Assembly: GCF_006345805.1 (NCBI RefSeq)
Contig: NC_042997.1
Span: forward strand, 96,038,001-96,102,000
Direction of reading: 5' to 3'
From: Octopus sinensis
Taxonomy: Eukaryota
DNA: 64,000 bases
In this document: positions 27,156 to 40,950 of the stretch, piece by piece
Layout of the letters: the number at the start of each line of letters is the position of its first letter
Position numbering within the stretch: position 1 is the stretch's first letter
The notes under the pieces: model-generated
What the model was told of the DNA's origin: nothing
Seen by the model: only the letters and a program-made list of their open reading frames with translations
Databases searched by the model: none
Made by a program: the position numbers and the translations under genes

Positions 27156-28210
27156 AATAGTTTTATTTTTTATAACGTGATTTCACCACACAACCGAGCA
27201 CACTTCTGTGATCCTTGAGTATGAGCTGTGATTTGTTTCAGTGTTGTTATTTTTACTGTATTAAAAGTGTTATACGTAGGATGTGTGCAGTGCCTAGAAA
27301 TGTTATATTTCTGTATCGTAAATCCTGGTTATGTAATCGTCTGTATTTTTTACCATACCTAATGCGTCCATTATTATGGGGGTACTTCTGCCTTCACGTC
27401 CCACATTCGAACTATTTCTACATCTTTACAGATAGAGAGTCTATTTTTTTCTTTTACAGATACATTGTCATCTGTTGGGATTGATATGGGGATTAGAATG
27501 CATTTGTTTTTATTCTCGGTTGTCCTTACAAAAACATCTGGCTTATTAGCCTTGATCTCTCTGTGTGTACTATCATATCCCAGATTATGGTTGTTTTGTC
27601 ATTTTTTGAGACTCTTTCGGGAGTATTCTAAGGCATATTTTTCCTAGTGTCATTCGGAAGTGATGGCATAGCTTGCAGTATATATGTCCCAGCTCTGTCA
27701 TATCACTGCATATATAATTTCTTGACCAAGACTGAGCAACCAAAAACAAAGTGATTTATTGTTTCTTCCCCATCCCTAAATATTTTGCAGTTGAACATTT
27801 GTTTCATTAAGTGTTTTTGGTGGTTTCTGGTGGGGAGGATTTGACCTTGTGCCACATCTAAATACCCATATGTCTCTGCTTTGAGGCCTGAACCTCTGAA
27901 CCAATGTTGAGATTTTATTTTGTCTATTTCTATTCTGCTTAGTTTACCGCAGTATTTGTCATGTAAGGGATTTTCTTGACATCGTTTTATTATAACATTC
28001 TGAAGTACCAGTTTGATCTTAGATGTTAGTTGCTTTACAACTTTTTATGTTTCTTCTTAAATGTCCAGTATTATGAACTTTTCTGTGTATTCTTCGACTT
28101 TATGAACGCTTCCCTGAAGTTTTTGGCTTCCTGTTATCTCCTTTGTATTTTTCCACTTCATGAACTCCTCCTTAACTTTTTCAGCTTCGTGACTCCTCCT
28201 TATATTTTTC
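27156..28210 (-). mobile_element. R4/Dong-type 3' fragment (copy A'')
   Basis: Aligns with 10805-11560; EETINHFVFGC; the 3' end abuts (ATC)n. The 5' end is approximate. Confidence 0.8.
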
Positions 28211-28301
28211 GGATACCTCAGCATCATCATCATCATCGTCATCATTATCATCATTATTATTAAGGTTTTTGTTGTTACTTTTGTTGTGTTTATTATTATT
28301 A

Positions 28302-28338
<37 letters not shown>

Positions 28339-28339
<1 letters not shown>

Positions 28340-28496
28340 TTTTCCTTCTTTCTTCAAATTTTCTTCCGTTTCTCGCTGAGTGTTTTCCATACACCTAGGG
28401 CAGAGAAGCTCATTGTATGCATTCCCAGATTACACACGCAAATTCACAGATAAAATATGTATTTAAAAATAAATAAATAAATAAATTCATGGATGG
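28339..28496 (-). mobile_element. Solo 3' UTR of R4/Dong copy-B family
   Basis: Matches 14633-14790; lies between (ATT)n tracts 28220-28338 and 28497-28680. Confidence 0.9.
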
Positions 28497-28568
28497 CGTT
28501 GTTGTTGTTGTTGTTGTTATTATTATTATTTTTATTATCATTATTATTATTATTATTATTATTATTAA

Positions 28569-28661
<93 letters not shown>

Positions 28662-29951
28662 CATTTTTATTATTATAATTAAATGTTCATCTGTACGCTA
28701 GCGTTCGATATAACTTCAGCTTCAAAGATTTCTTTTTGTTTTTTCAGAGATCTTTAATTGAAAAATAATTGTAGTTCCTCAAGAATTGTTTAAAGAAATA
28801 TTCCATCTAATGTGGTAGAAGACAATTCCCCATCGTATAGTCGCTTATTGTTTGCGTGTAGCGGGGAGGGAAGAAGCAAGACAGAGCTGTGAAATATATC
28901 TAAATATCTCCAACTATTGTATATAGGTATTATAAAATACATGCCACAGCAAATATCCAAGACTAAATAAAATAAATAAAAATGGTCAAACTAAATTAGT
29001 ATAGAAGCAGTGCAAAATATCTGACACTTTCAGCTGCTTGTAATGTCTGTTTGAAAGAAAACAACCTGCCTCTTACTAAATTTATATGAGAAGTTTTTCT
29101 ACTCCGTTGTCAGTAAAATCAATCGTAATTTCATTGTTCAAAATTTATTGAATTTTCCTTTCAAAATTCTATTAATTATAAGACTATATTTCTAGAGATA
29201 AGTAAAAGTAAATAAATAAACAAATTGAAACATAACTGTATGAGGGGAGGCTTGTTGATAATCTCTCTAAGAAGTAGAGTGTGAACGAATAAGAGTCTGG
29301 ACGAATAAAGATTCTTGTAGTATTGATTATGAATTTCTCTCTTACAAACGGAAAATAACTATTATATTTAAGTTCGTATTATAGAAAATGTTGAGTTTTG
29401 TTCGGCATTATTGTAGATGTTGAATTAAGTCACACCTGCAGGAAACCTTTCAAGATTCTAAAAGAAGGAAATAAAGAATTGGATAATAGATTCTGCACCG
29501 AGTGTTACCATTTGTTTGACAGAATTCTTTCCCTTCAAAAGAAACCAAAAGAGATGATGAGATGGTCATTGTCAAACAGAATTGTACATATTAAGGTTTA
29601 ACGAGTTTCTTAAATTTTCTTACCTTTCCTGTCCACACATGTTTCAAACACGCAGAATAGTTACTCCAGTCCCCATGTAACCATGTACCATTCGGTGAAC
29701 ACGTTCTATGTGCCAATAACTCTGTAAAAACACAATATGTTCATGTATATATATAATTATAAATATATATATGTATAGGAAGCTTAAGATAAAATCAGAT
29801 GTAAAGTATTACTTTCTATGTACGTTTCATCATCACAGCTATTTGAAAGTCGGCAGGGGATTTCCAAGCGCATTTGGATATCTGAGCACAATAGATCATC
29901 AGAGAGATATATATGCATACACACACACGCACACACACATACACACACACG

Positions 29952-29984
<33 letters not shown>

Positions 29985-30082
29985 TAATGTTATTTAGTGT
30001 TCATTGAGGCAAAATATTAATAAAGTGAAATGAATAAGGAAATCTACTTTATTTATTTATTTATGAACCCTTTTCAAGCTTA

Positions 30083-30350
30083 GTTAGTCTCATCGGCCTG
30101 GTTTCTCGGTTTCTGTGGCGTATGAGTTCCTCTCAGCCTGACGTGACGCCAGTCCATCGCAGCGTTACTCAAGAAACAGGAAGAAAGATTGAGAGAAAGT
30201 TGAGGCGAAAGAGTACAACAGGTGTCGCCACCACACCCTGCCAGAGATTCGTGGAGCTTTAGGTGTTTTCGCTCAATAAGCACACACAACGCCCAGTCTG
30301 GAAATCGAAACCGCAATCCTCCGACGTGAGCGAATCCGCTGCCCGCCTCC
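30083..30350 (-). mobile_element. tRNA-derived SINE family Z, tail type 1
   Basis: GAAATCGAAACCGCAATCC head; GTGGAGCTTTAGGTGTTTTCGCTCAATAA centre shared with 35878-36148. Confidence 0.75.
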
Positions 30351-31249
30351 ACGTATACATTCTTTAGTCGCCTTATATTTATAGCAGCATTTAGAGAATG
30401 CTTAGCTGAGTGGGTATTACAATATAACCATATGTTTAGACTTATTACTCCTAACTAAATGAAATAATACTGCTGGTAAATATTTGACTGAGCAACTTAT
30501 ATTAAAATGCAAATTTATATAATATTATTTTAGTCGTCTTTAATGGCTACGTTAGCAATTAACAAATTTATTTAAGGTTTTTGGAAGAGTTTTCCACTTC
30601 TAAAGTTATTAAAAGGTACAAGGAATATTTAGTTAATTTCGTCGAAAAAGGCGTTTGTATAGATCAAATCCCTCTACGATGCTCCGCGTCCTTTATAGAA
30701 TACACAGAACATGTATAATTTGTCGGAGAACTCTTAGTGAATTCTCATTTCATTGAAGTTAAGATTTCAAGGAAATCCTAGTTGGTAAAGTCTTATATTT
30801 CTATCTACTACTTTGGAAAGAAAGTCTTGCACCATTTTATGAGTTGATCACTTTAAGGATAATTTTTAAAATCCACTGAAAAACAAACATTTATTCTATT
30901 GCTCAAATATTCTTCCTTCAGTGTAAATTATTTTTTGCCACAGTGGTTAAACTCACATCAGTTTTCTCCTTTTAAAATCATTATAGATCAGACTCATATT
31001 AGACACAGCATACTGTTCAGCAATGTAATCGGCGAAAGTCTATGTAAATGAAGCTTTAAGGATCCGGTTATGCAAACGAGGGTTTGGACAGAATCATTCT
31101 GTAAAAGCCTAAACTTGGTCAGTAGGGACCTCGTTACCTAATTGCTTCCTAGCTTAATCTAAATGTTTCTCCCTACTCATCATTCAAGTTTAGAACTGCT
31201 ACCTTAACTGTCATTGGTAGAATTCTCACAAATGAGAATTGCATTTCCA

Positions 31250-31650
31250 AGTAAGTTTATCTTAATCTTTTTGATGCGACTCTACTCTATAATGTTCTCT
31301 CGTTCTATCGTTTTCACCCTCACATTTTCTCTAATTCCTTTTTTCCCTTCACCGTTTTATAGCTGTGTCTCTCTCCCACCCTTTCACCTTTACTCTCTCT
31401 TTCGTTGCTCACACATGACCAGCGTCCATCTTTCTTTTCCTCTCGTGATCATCTCTCCATATTTTCAGGGCTGTACTAGGGGCTGGATGTATCCTATCTC
31501 TCTCTCTTCTATCGTTTCTTTTATCACAGAAAATATTTCTGCAGCATTCGCTACTTTACCCACGTTCTGGTCTAAGGACCATCTATGTTTGTTTTCGTTC
31601 GGTTTCCTAGTATGACTCCATTGTCCTTCTTTTGTTCCTGAATTTGACCC
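31250..31650 (-). mobile_element. Possible very old RTE-type LINE 3' relic
   Basis: Minus-strand RRERDRI...ERKRKMDAGHV resembles the RTE C-terminal DRIRN...KWRWAGHV motif; weak. Confidence 0.3.
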
Positions 31651-31863
31651 TCCATAAATCCCAACTTTTATTTTGGTATTTGTGAGAGCATTCATATTGT
31701 GAGAGATTCATATTGCCGTTCAGTGCTCGAAATGAGGAGTAGATAGGTAGCCGACAACTTATGAAGGGTCGTTCTTTATGTTAGTTGTCCTGTTTTCCAA
31801 TCGGTTCTCTCGTTGTTGCGTATTTCCTGTTGTTTACTGTTGGTCACGTCCTGTACTCATATA

Positions 31864-31934
<71 letters not shown>

Positions 31935-33751
31935 TGTGTGTGTGTGTGTGTGATTATATATATCATTTATATATATACAGAGAGAGATGTAAACAGATTG
32001 ATAAGTAGATAGATGTAGATAAATAGATGGATATATAGTTAGATAGATAGATATATACATATATACATACATACATACATACATACATACACACATATAT
32101 ACGTATAAGAACATATGTTAGAGTATATGTATATAATGCATGTGCGTGTGTTTGTGTGTGTGTGTGTGTTTGTGTGCGTGTGCGTGTGTGTAGATATAGA
32201 AATAAAAATATATAGGACAATTATTGTTTTCCCTATCATTACTAGGAACATTACTACTATCGGTTCAACTCGTCCGCTCTGATGGTTTAGAAGATGTGAA
32301 ACGCTGTAAAATTGTAAATAGACATGATTGTAAGATATTGAACCTATAATTATGTTGCTGCATTGTAGGATATCTGTTATGACTGTCGCATTGCCATTAT
32401 TGTTTGTTGACTTCTATTGTTCGTTGCCTACAATTGTGCCGTAGCCTACTTTTGGTCAGCTAAGTTGTCACCAGATATCTAATAAGTGAGCTGACCTATC
32501 AATCATTGTGAAAGTTCCCAATATATTAAAGCAGCAATAGCAAGTTGCTTGATAAAAATAAAATTAATTCGACCCCAGGGTATATCTCTTGACATAGGTT
32601 CACATTGTTAGAATGTCGTTAATGTAAATAGTTAGTTACCTCTTATTCAAGGGAGAGTCACTATTGCTATTCATGCCTACACTAACCTTAATAAAAGGAA
32701 CAGCAGCTATATAAATATACACGCCTACCAACATATATGCGTCTATGAGAGTGTCCATCTCAATAAGTTCATGAATATTCATTTATGAACATACATGTGA
32801 TAAATGGGTGCATATGTATTAAAATACAAGTAGAGATATGTTGCAATATAAAAATGTTTGTGAGAATTCATTAATTCATATTCCTGTCCCATACATAAAT
32901 GAGCCTTGCTATCGAGGCAAAATGTCACGGTAAAAGAAAGAGACAGCAGTCTGACAGAAAGGTCAGTTCATTCAGTTGATGGTTGAATGAGTTTACCAGA
33001 CAAAAACAATTACTAACACGTGTGATGCCCTGAAAAAAAAGGCAAATAAAAGATATAAAGAATACATACTTGAATATCAGAATATACGATTATGAAGGTA
33101 CAAATGTACAAAGGTTTTCCTCCTGTGACTATATATATCCTTACCTACATTCCCAAATGCGCTATACCTATTTCAAGACAGATGGGTGTAACTTAACTGT
33201 TTAAAGTTTCTAGTACTGGTTTCTAAAGGGATACCTTTTTGAAGGTAGAAAAGCAGTACAGGTATTATGTAGTTATGGGTGTGGTTAGAGATGTGAAATG
33301 GTATCTCAAGCCAAAGTTTGACCTCACGATTGCCCTCACGAATGCTCAGTATACTCTGGCATTCTTACAAATATCATGAAAGTGATCTCGGATGTGGTTT
33401 CCCATTTTCCCTGGATATAAATTTCAATACATGCACTTCATATAACTTTTGGATGTATAGTTCAAATGATTGGTGATGTGAATCAGTTATTTTAGGCGAG
33501 TTGGATCTATAACTGGAAGATGATAAGCTGACATAACTGAAGGACGAGGTTTTAGTACTTAAAATGAGAGCATTTGTTGGTTTTATATCCTTTGTATTTA
33601 GGGATGAGTAAGCTTTGAATGAATTATTGAGTATTTCCGTCAGTTTCGAAGGAGATGCTCGGAAAATACTAATTCGTTTCGGCTTCAATGGATAAAAGTT
33701 GTAAATTGCAATATTTAAAACAGTTCTATATTTAAGATATGAGAGATTATG

Positions 33752-33906
33752 TACATTATTTACATTATTTACATTTGACGGACATTTGTCCTCATCTTGT
33801 TTGTTGATAACACAACGTTACCACTGATATACCCTCCAGCCTTCATGAAGTGTTTTGGGGAAATTTCAAACATGGGTTCTCATTACTAAGGTATTTTTCT
33901 ATGTTG

Positions 33907-33975
<69 letters not shown>

Positions 33976-34031
33976 TCACTGCCTGGAATCGAACTCGTAA
34001 TATCTTGGGGTTAGTAGCCCGTGTTCTTAAG
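33752..34031 (-). mobile_element. tRNA-headed SINE with (AAT)n spacer and decayed hammerhead motif
   Basis: B box (GTTCGATTCC, reverse complement), (ATT)n, AACAC-TTCATGA-AGGCTG...AACGTT-GTGTT, (AAATAATGT)n tail. Confidence 0.8.
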
Positions 34032-34075
34032 ACCTTTCTGTCAGACTGCTGTCTCTTTTTTTTACCGTGACATTT

Positions 34076-34146
34076 CTTAAGAGCAGGGGCTACCAACCCC
34101 AAGATTCCGAGTTCGATTCCAAGCAGTGACCTGAATAATAATAATA

Positions 34147-34209
<63 letters not shown>

Positions 34210-34375
34210 CAACAACAAGAATAATAACATAGAAGGATATCTTAGGAATGAGAACTCAGGTTCGAAATTTCCCTAAGACAGCTGATGAAGGCTGGAGGGT
34301 GTTTAAGCAAAAACGTTTTGTTTAGCAACAAACAAGATGAGGACAAATATCCGTCAAATGTAAATAATGTAAATA
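34076..34375 (+). mobile_element. Second copy of the hammerhead-bearing SINE, inverted relative to 33752-34031
   Basis: GTTCGATTCC B box, (AAT)n, CTGATGA at 34282-34288, AACGTT at 34312-34317, TGTAAATAATGTAAAT tail. Confidence 0.8.
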
Positions 34376-35877
34376 TTGCTATATGTAGTTCTTTTTAAAC
34401 CGTTTATCAACTTTGGGAGACTAGAACTACACTCAAGCATTATAATTGCTTTATATTATGCCTTTTTCCAGATTGTATGCATTTCTGAGTTCATTATCCA
34501 AAATGTTATGTCTTTAAGAAGGTAGGCTGTCGATTATGATCTGGCTGCTATCTTTACCAAGCTTGTTCGAAGAAGGAAACACATTGCAGTAAAAGAATAG
34601 TCGGTGATATATGATAGAAAATCTATCATTGTTAGAATGTCGTTGTATGTTCGTGTATGTGGAAGGAAGTAATCTGGGTTGAATTACCAAATGAACTCGT
34701 TTTTTCTTATATCATTAAAAATTTATGTAAGATACTTTCAATATAGTAACCACGGAAAGGAAATACTTGTCTGCATCAGAAACGTGTATTTCGTTACAGT
34801 TTGATACGTTTTAATTCGCTCCTATGACAACACATCAAGTATCAGCTGATGCTACGTAAATTAATCCTTTATACACCACCTACAGCTCAGTGACCTGAAA
34901 TGTGTCCGTCCCATTTACAATTCCTATAATTATTTATTGAGTTTATCACTAACTATAAATCAGAACATATTGCAAAATGCACATGACAATAGACAACTGG
35001 TAATATTATTTTGAAAATGATATTCAAATTACCTGAATGTGTGAATCCAATACTTTCTGGACATTTTTGGTATATTGTTGTATTCGCTGGTGTCGCTGCC
35101 CAGCATTGAAGCGTATCCCATAATTCTGGACAGAACGGATCTGTTCAATATATGAAATATTGCTTTGGAAATATACTTATAGTAAGATGAATAAAAAAAG
35201 AAGAAAAAAGGTTGCTATATTGTTCAATAAAATATATAATATCAATTATTTCAGGCTTTAATTCTGAAAGAAAATATTTCGAAATAAATTAAACATTTCA
35301 CTATATTTTTGATAAAATTTATCGTTGAGTTATACATAAAAAATTATTTGGTTTTGATGTTTGAAAATACATGGTTATTTTTAGGTACACGAATCATTTC
35401 AACCTCTATAAGCCATACTGCATGACACAAGGTGTATGGAAGCAATTATATTCTGATCTTAACAATATACACTGTAATGTATGTTTAATATCTGACTGAA
35501 AGTTGGAAATACAGGTGCTATATGTTATGGGCAATATGAACATAAATTACAAACTTCTATGCCGTCTGTGATATATATATTATTTATTTATATACATATT
35601 ATATACATATACATGTACAGATATATATATGTATCTATATGTACATACTATGTATCTATATGTACATACATACATACATACATACATACATACATACATA
35701 CATACATACATACATGCATACATACATACATACATACATACATATTGGCTATCTCTCCGCCCAATAAATATAACTTATACGAATGTTCATCACTAAATAT
35801 TTTGAATTTTTTGTATTTCTTTATATATCTCTATATTTTTCAATATATAAATAATATATACATATACATATATATAT

Positions 35878-36148
35878 CACGTGATCACGTGACCCACCAG
35901 ACCATCGCTGGTCACAATGCGTTCGCATTGCTTTAGCCTTTGAATGAGGCCACCCCGCTGACTAAGCGAGTAGGCCAACAGAAAGAGTGGTGAAAGAGTA
36001 CAGCAGGGATTACCCCCCTCCTGCCGGAGCCTTGTGGAGCTTTTAGGTGTTTTCGCTCATAAACACACACAACGCCCGGTCTGGGAATCGAAACCGCGAT
36101 CCTACGACCGCGAGCCCGCTGCCTTAACCATGGGGCCATTGCGCCTCC
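35878..36148 (-). mobile_element. tRNA-derived SINE family Z, tail type 2
   Basis: GGGAATCGAAACCGCGATCC head; same centre as 30083-30350 with a different 3' part. Confidence 0.8.
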
Positions 36149-36155
36149 ACATATA

Positions 36156-36210
<55 letters not shown>

Positions 36211-36215
<5 letters not shown>

Positions 36216-37045
36216 AAGGTTTGAAAATGCAATTTAAACGATGTTTATTTACTTAACCGGTTTCACTCTTTGGTAAAAGATCGTCAAAAGTAACTTTGAA
36301 TATTATGGGTTCAAAAAAAGTTTTTTACATAATTGTCACATTGAATATTATGAATTCAAAAATGTTTTTTTATACATAATTGTCACATTACATGTATAAA
36401 TATAGTATAAAAAAGTTCAATAGTATGATGAGAATATTTGGAAAAATTGGCAGAAAAGAATAAAACAAATATATTATTGGAAATTTGGTTGCGTTAATTA
36501 TTGGTTGTCGCAAATTGTCACATTACATGTATATATATACAGTCTTTGGTAGAAAGGACATGTTAAAGACATAAGGAAGTGTAATAGTTTGGTGAGAAAG
36601 CTTGTAATATTGACAGAGAAAATTAAAATGGATATTTTAGACATCTCAGAATATTTTGAATCGAAGGCGAGAATTTGTTTTTTACTGACCTGTTTGTTTT
36701 AGCAGAAAAGTTGGATTGAGAGAAAAAAAGATATGTACCCAGTTTGGTTTATACTTCCCCTTCAAGCATCAGATTTTGGGGATTGGGAGGTGAGTATGCG
36801 GGGTGAATAGATGTGTCCGTGTGCCTGCTGGTCAGACAGCGTCTGTTTGTCACACACATATATACACACACACAACAACAATACACACACACACATAGTA
36901 TACACACACACACTACATACACAACAACCACACACACAGAACACACACACACAAACGCACCCACATATATAATATATACACACAGCACACAAATATAACA
37001 TGTATTTATATATAATATACACACATATATAACACATACACACAC

Positions 37046-37088
<43 letters not shown>

Positions 37089-37886
37089 CACACGCACACA
37101 TATATACATAATATAAATATCACACAAATACACCTGGCATATATATACACATACAATACACATACACAGCATGTATATAATACACATACACAATATATGC
37201 ATGCAATATACATACGCAATACATACATATAATATATATATATATAGACAATGCATATACATATATACATATATACATATAAATAGTGTTTACATACACA
37301 TACATAGATATACCACATATACACACAATATACATACATACAATGCATACACATACACGTACGCATACATATAATATATATAGACCACACCACACATAAC
37401 ATACATACACAATGCATACATATATATACACGCAACGCATATACATGTATTCATGTATATATAGCACACTTACAATATACATATATACAATGCACACATA
37501 CACACATATATACACTTAATTGTACACATACATATACAGTACACATACATACAATATACATATAAACAATGCGCATGCAAATAATGCACATGTTTATACA
37601 CACATATACATGAAAATATATATACACCCACACACATACACACACACATATATATATATACACATATATACATATATATACATATACATACATACATACA
37701 TGCACATACATATATTTTTTCACACACATACACACACATATATATATATAAAATTCACACACACACCCACACACACAAAATACAAACCTATAGCGTACAC
37801 ACTCAAATATATCTCTACATACCGCACACACACACAAACAATGTACTCACATATACACACATACCATGCATATACACACACAGCAC
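36211..37886 (-). repeat. Left arm of a 1.7-kb inverted repeat (inverted 5' copy of the Penelope-like 3' region)
   Basis: Reverse complement of 39004-40694, with few substitutions and microsatellite-length differences. Confidence 0.95.
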
Positions 37887-38566
37887 GGAATAGAACGGGC
37901 CAAATCAATCAACATTCAAGACCTACGAAAACCCAAACACATCCACAGTACAGTAAATAGCCTCCCCTATCTCTCAACACACAACCCAAGGAATGCAGAA
38001 GCTTACACTATTATATACAACAACATTCCACAACTAAATCATGACCCACGCCTGAAAAAAATACTGGCAGCTCATAAAATAATAAAAAGTAAGAGACAAC
38101 CTAAATCCCTAAAAAACCTCCTCACCAACGCAAAATTACACAACACAAACCCACCGCCCACCATCAAAAAATGTGGTCGCCCCAATTGCAAGACCTGCAT
38201 CCACCTCATTGAGGGATCGTCGTACAAGTTCCACTCGGGACACACATTCATCATAAAAAATAATTTCACGTGCGCATCAAAAAATTTACTCTACGTCATA
38301 AGGTGTGAAGGATGCCACGAAGACTATATAGGGCAAACGAGCCTTACCCTCAGAGAAAGAATGACAGTTCACCGACAACACTGAGGGACCCCTCCACAAG
38401 ACAGATACCACTAAGTGGACACTTAGACCTTTGTGCACACAATAAGTCCCCCAAATTCTTAGTCTTCCCACTATACCAATGCTCGGACAACACCACAGAC
38501 CAAACACGAATAAATAAGGAATGTAATCTTATTCAAAAATACAGACCACAACTAAACATACTCTAA
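37887..38566 (+). mobile_element. 5'-truncated Penelope-like element: linker + GIY-YIG endonuclease, one frameshift near 38380
   Basis: KRQPKSLKNLLTNAK, KKCGRPNCKTC, NFTCASKNLLYVIRCEGCHEDYIGQTSLTLRERMTVHRQH, then DPSTRQIPLSGHLDLC...IQKYRPQLNIL*. Confidence 0.9.
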
Positions 38567-39003
38567 CATACCCCCTGGGCACACATCCAGAGCAGGCACA
38601 CAGGGGCACGCGCACACTCACAGCATATCGTGCGGGCGGGCACATGCGCGCATCGGCACGCATAGGACACACTAGCGGGCATTGACCGCACACATACGTG
38701 GCTCGCACACGCATGCATTATATATATGTAGGTTATGTATGTGTGTGGGTGTTGTGTGTGTGTGTGTGTGAGTGTGCACGTTGTGTGTGTGCGCGTGTGT
38801 ATATGTATGTGAGTGTGTGTGTGCGTGTGTGTATGTGTGTGTGTGTGCGCGCGTTGTGTGTGTGTGTGTGCACGTGTATATATATGTGTGTGTGTGTGCA
38901 CTGTGTGCGTGTGTGTGTGTATGTGTGTGTGTGTGTGTGAGCATTGTGTACGTGTGTATGTATTTACATGTGTATTTGTTTTTATATATATATATATGTG
39001 TGT

Positions 39004-39139
39004 GTGCTGTGTGTGTATATGCATGGTATGTGTGTATATGTGAGTACATTGTTTGTGTGTGTGTGCGGTATGTAGAGATATATTTGAGTGTGTACGCTAT
39101 AGGTTTGTATTTTGTGTGTGTGGGTGTGTGTGTGAATTT

Positions 39140-39170
<31 letters not shown>

Positions 39171-39794
39171 ATATATATATGTGTGTGTGTATGTGTATTG
39201 TATGTGTATATATATATATATATATATATGTGTATATATATATGTGTGTGTGTGTGTATGTGTGTGGGTGTATATATATTTTCATGTATATGTGTGTATA
39301 AACATGTGCATTATTTGCATGCGCATTGTTTATATGTATATTGTATGTATGTGTACTGTATATGTATGTGTACAATTAAGTGTATATATGTGTGTATGTG
39401 TGCATTGTATATATGTATATTGTAAGTGTGCTATATATACATGAATACATGTATATGCGTTGCGTGTATATATATGTATGCATTGTGTATGTATGTTATG
39501 TGTGTGTGTGTCTATATATATTATATGTATGCGTACGTGTATGTGTATGCATTGTATGTATGTATATTGTGTGTATATGTGGTATATCTATGTATGTGTA
39601 TGTAAACACTATTTATATGTATATATGTATATATGTATATGCATTGTCTATATATATATATATTATATGTATGTATTGCGTATGTATATTGCATGCATAT
39701 ATTGTGTATGTGTATTATATACATGCTGTGTATGTGTATTGTATGTGTATATATATGCCAGGTGTATTTGTGTGATATTTATATTATGTATATA

Positions 39795-39833
<39 letters not shown>

Positions 39834-40694
39834 TGTGTGTGTTGTGTGTGTTGTGTGTGTATGTGTATATATGTGTGTATATTATATATAAATACATGTT
39901 ATATTTGTGTGCTGTGTGTATATATTATATATGTGGGTGCGTTGTGTGTGTGTGTGTTCTGTGTGTGTGTGTTGTGTGTATGTAGTGTGTGTGTGTATAC
40001 TATGTGTGTGTGTGTATTGTTGTTGTGTGTGTGTGTATATATGTGTGTGACAAACAGACGCTGTCTGACCAGCAGGCACACGGACACATCTATTCACACC
40101 CGCATACTCACCTCCCAATAACCCCAAAATCACTGATGCTTGAAGGGGAAGTATAAACCAAACTGGGTACATATCTTTTTTCTCTCAATCCAACTTTTCT
40201 GCTAAAACAAACAGGTCAGTAAAAAACAAATTCTCGCCTTCGATTCAAAATATTCTGAGATGTCTAAAATATCCATTTTAATTTTCTCTGTCAATATTAC
40301 AAGCTTTCTCACCAAACTATTACACTTCCTTATGTCTTTAACATGTCCTTTCTACCAAAGACTGTATATATATACATGTAATGTGACAATTTGCGACAAC
40401 CAATAATTAACGCAACCAAATTTCCAATAATATATTTGTTTTATTCTTTTCTGCCAATTTTTCCAAATATTCTCATCATACTATTGAACTTTTTTATACT
40501 ATAGTTATACATGTAATGTGACAATTATGTATAAAAAAACATTTTTGAATTCATAATATTCAATGTGACAATTATGTAAAAAACTTTTTTTGAACCCATA
40601 ATATTCAAAGTTACTTTTGACAATCTTTTACCAAAGAGTGAAACCGGTTAAGTAAATAAACATCGTTTAAATTGCATTTTCAAACCTTTTTTCA
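39004..40694 (+). repeat. Right arm of the inverted repeat (TG/TA-rich 3' region downstream of the PLE ORF)
   Basis: Pairs with 36211-37886; ends at CAAACCTTTTTTCA. Confidence 0.95.
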
Positions 40695-40730
40695 TATATA
40701 ATCCCACTCGTGCGATACCCCACAACTCAA

Positions 40731-40778
<48 letters not shown>

Positions 40779-40950
40779 GCAATAAAAATGGTAAATAATT
40801 TTCCTGTGGTTTTTCATGTAACCAACAATTATTTACCGGTAAATTTCGGTATGTAAATACGACAAATTAATTGTCAGGACCTTTGTAAGGTTCAGTATAT
40901 AGTAAAGAAAATATATATATATAATAAGAGTAAATCGTATACTAGTGGGT

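Noticed and set aside
33970-34135. tRNA genes
   Set aside because: Only B-box and partial arms are present, truncated at CTTAAG; these are SINE heads, not cloverleaf tRNAs.
32603-34644. 18-nt exact repeat CATTGTTAGAATGTCGTT at 32603 and 34627
   Set aside because: Flanks do not align; not distinguishable from chance or an old repeat remnant.
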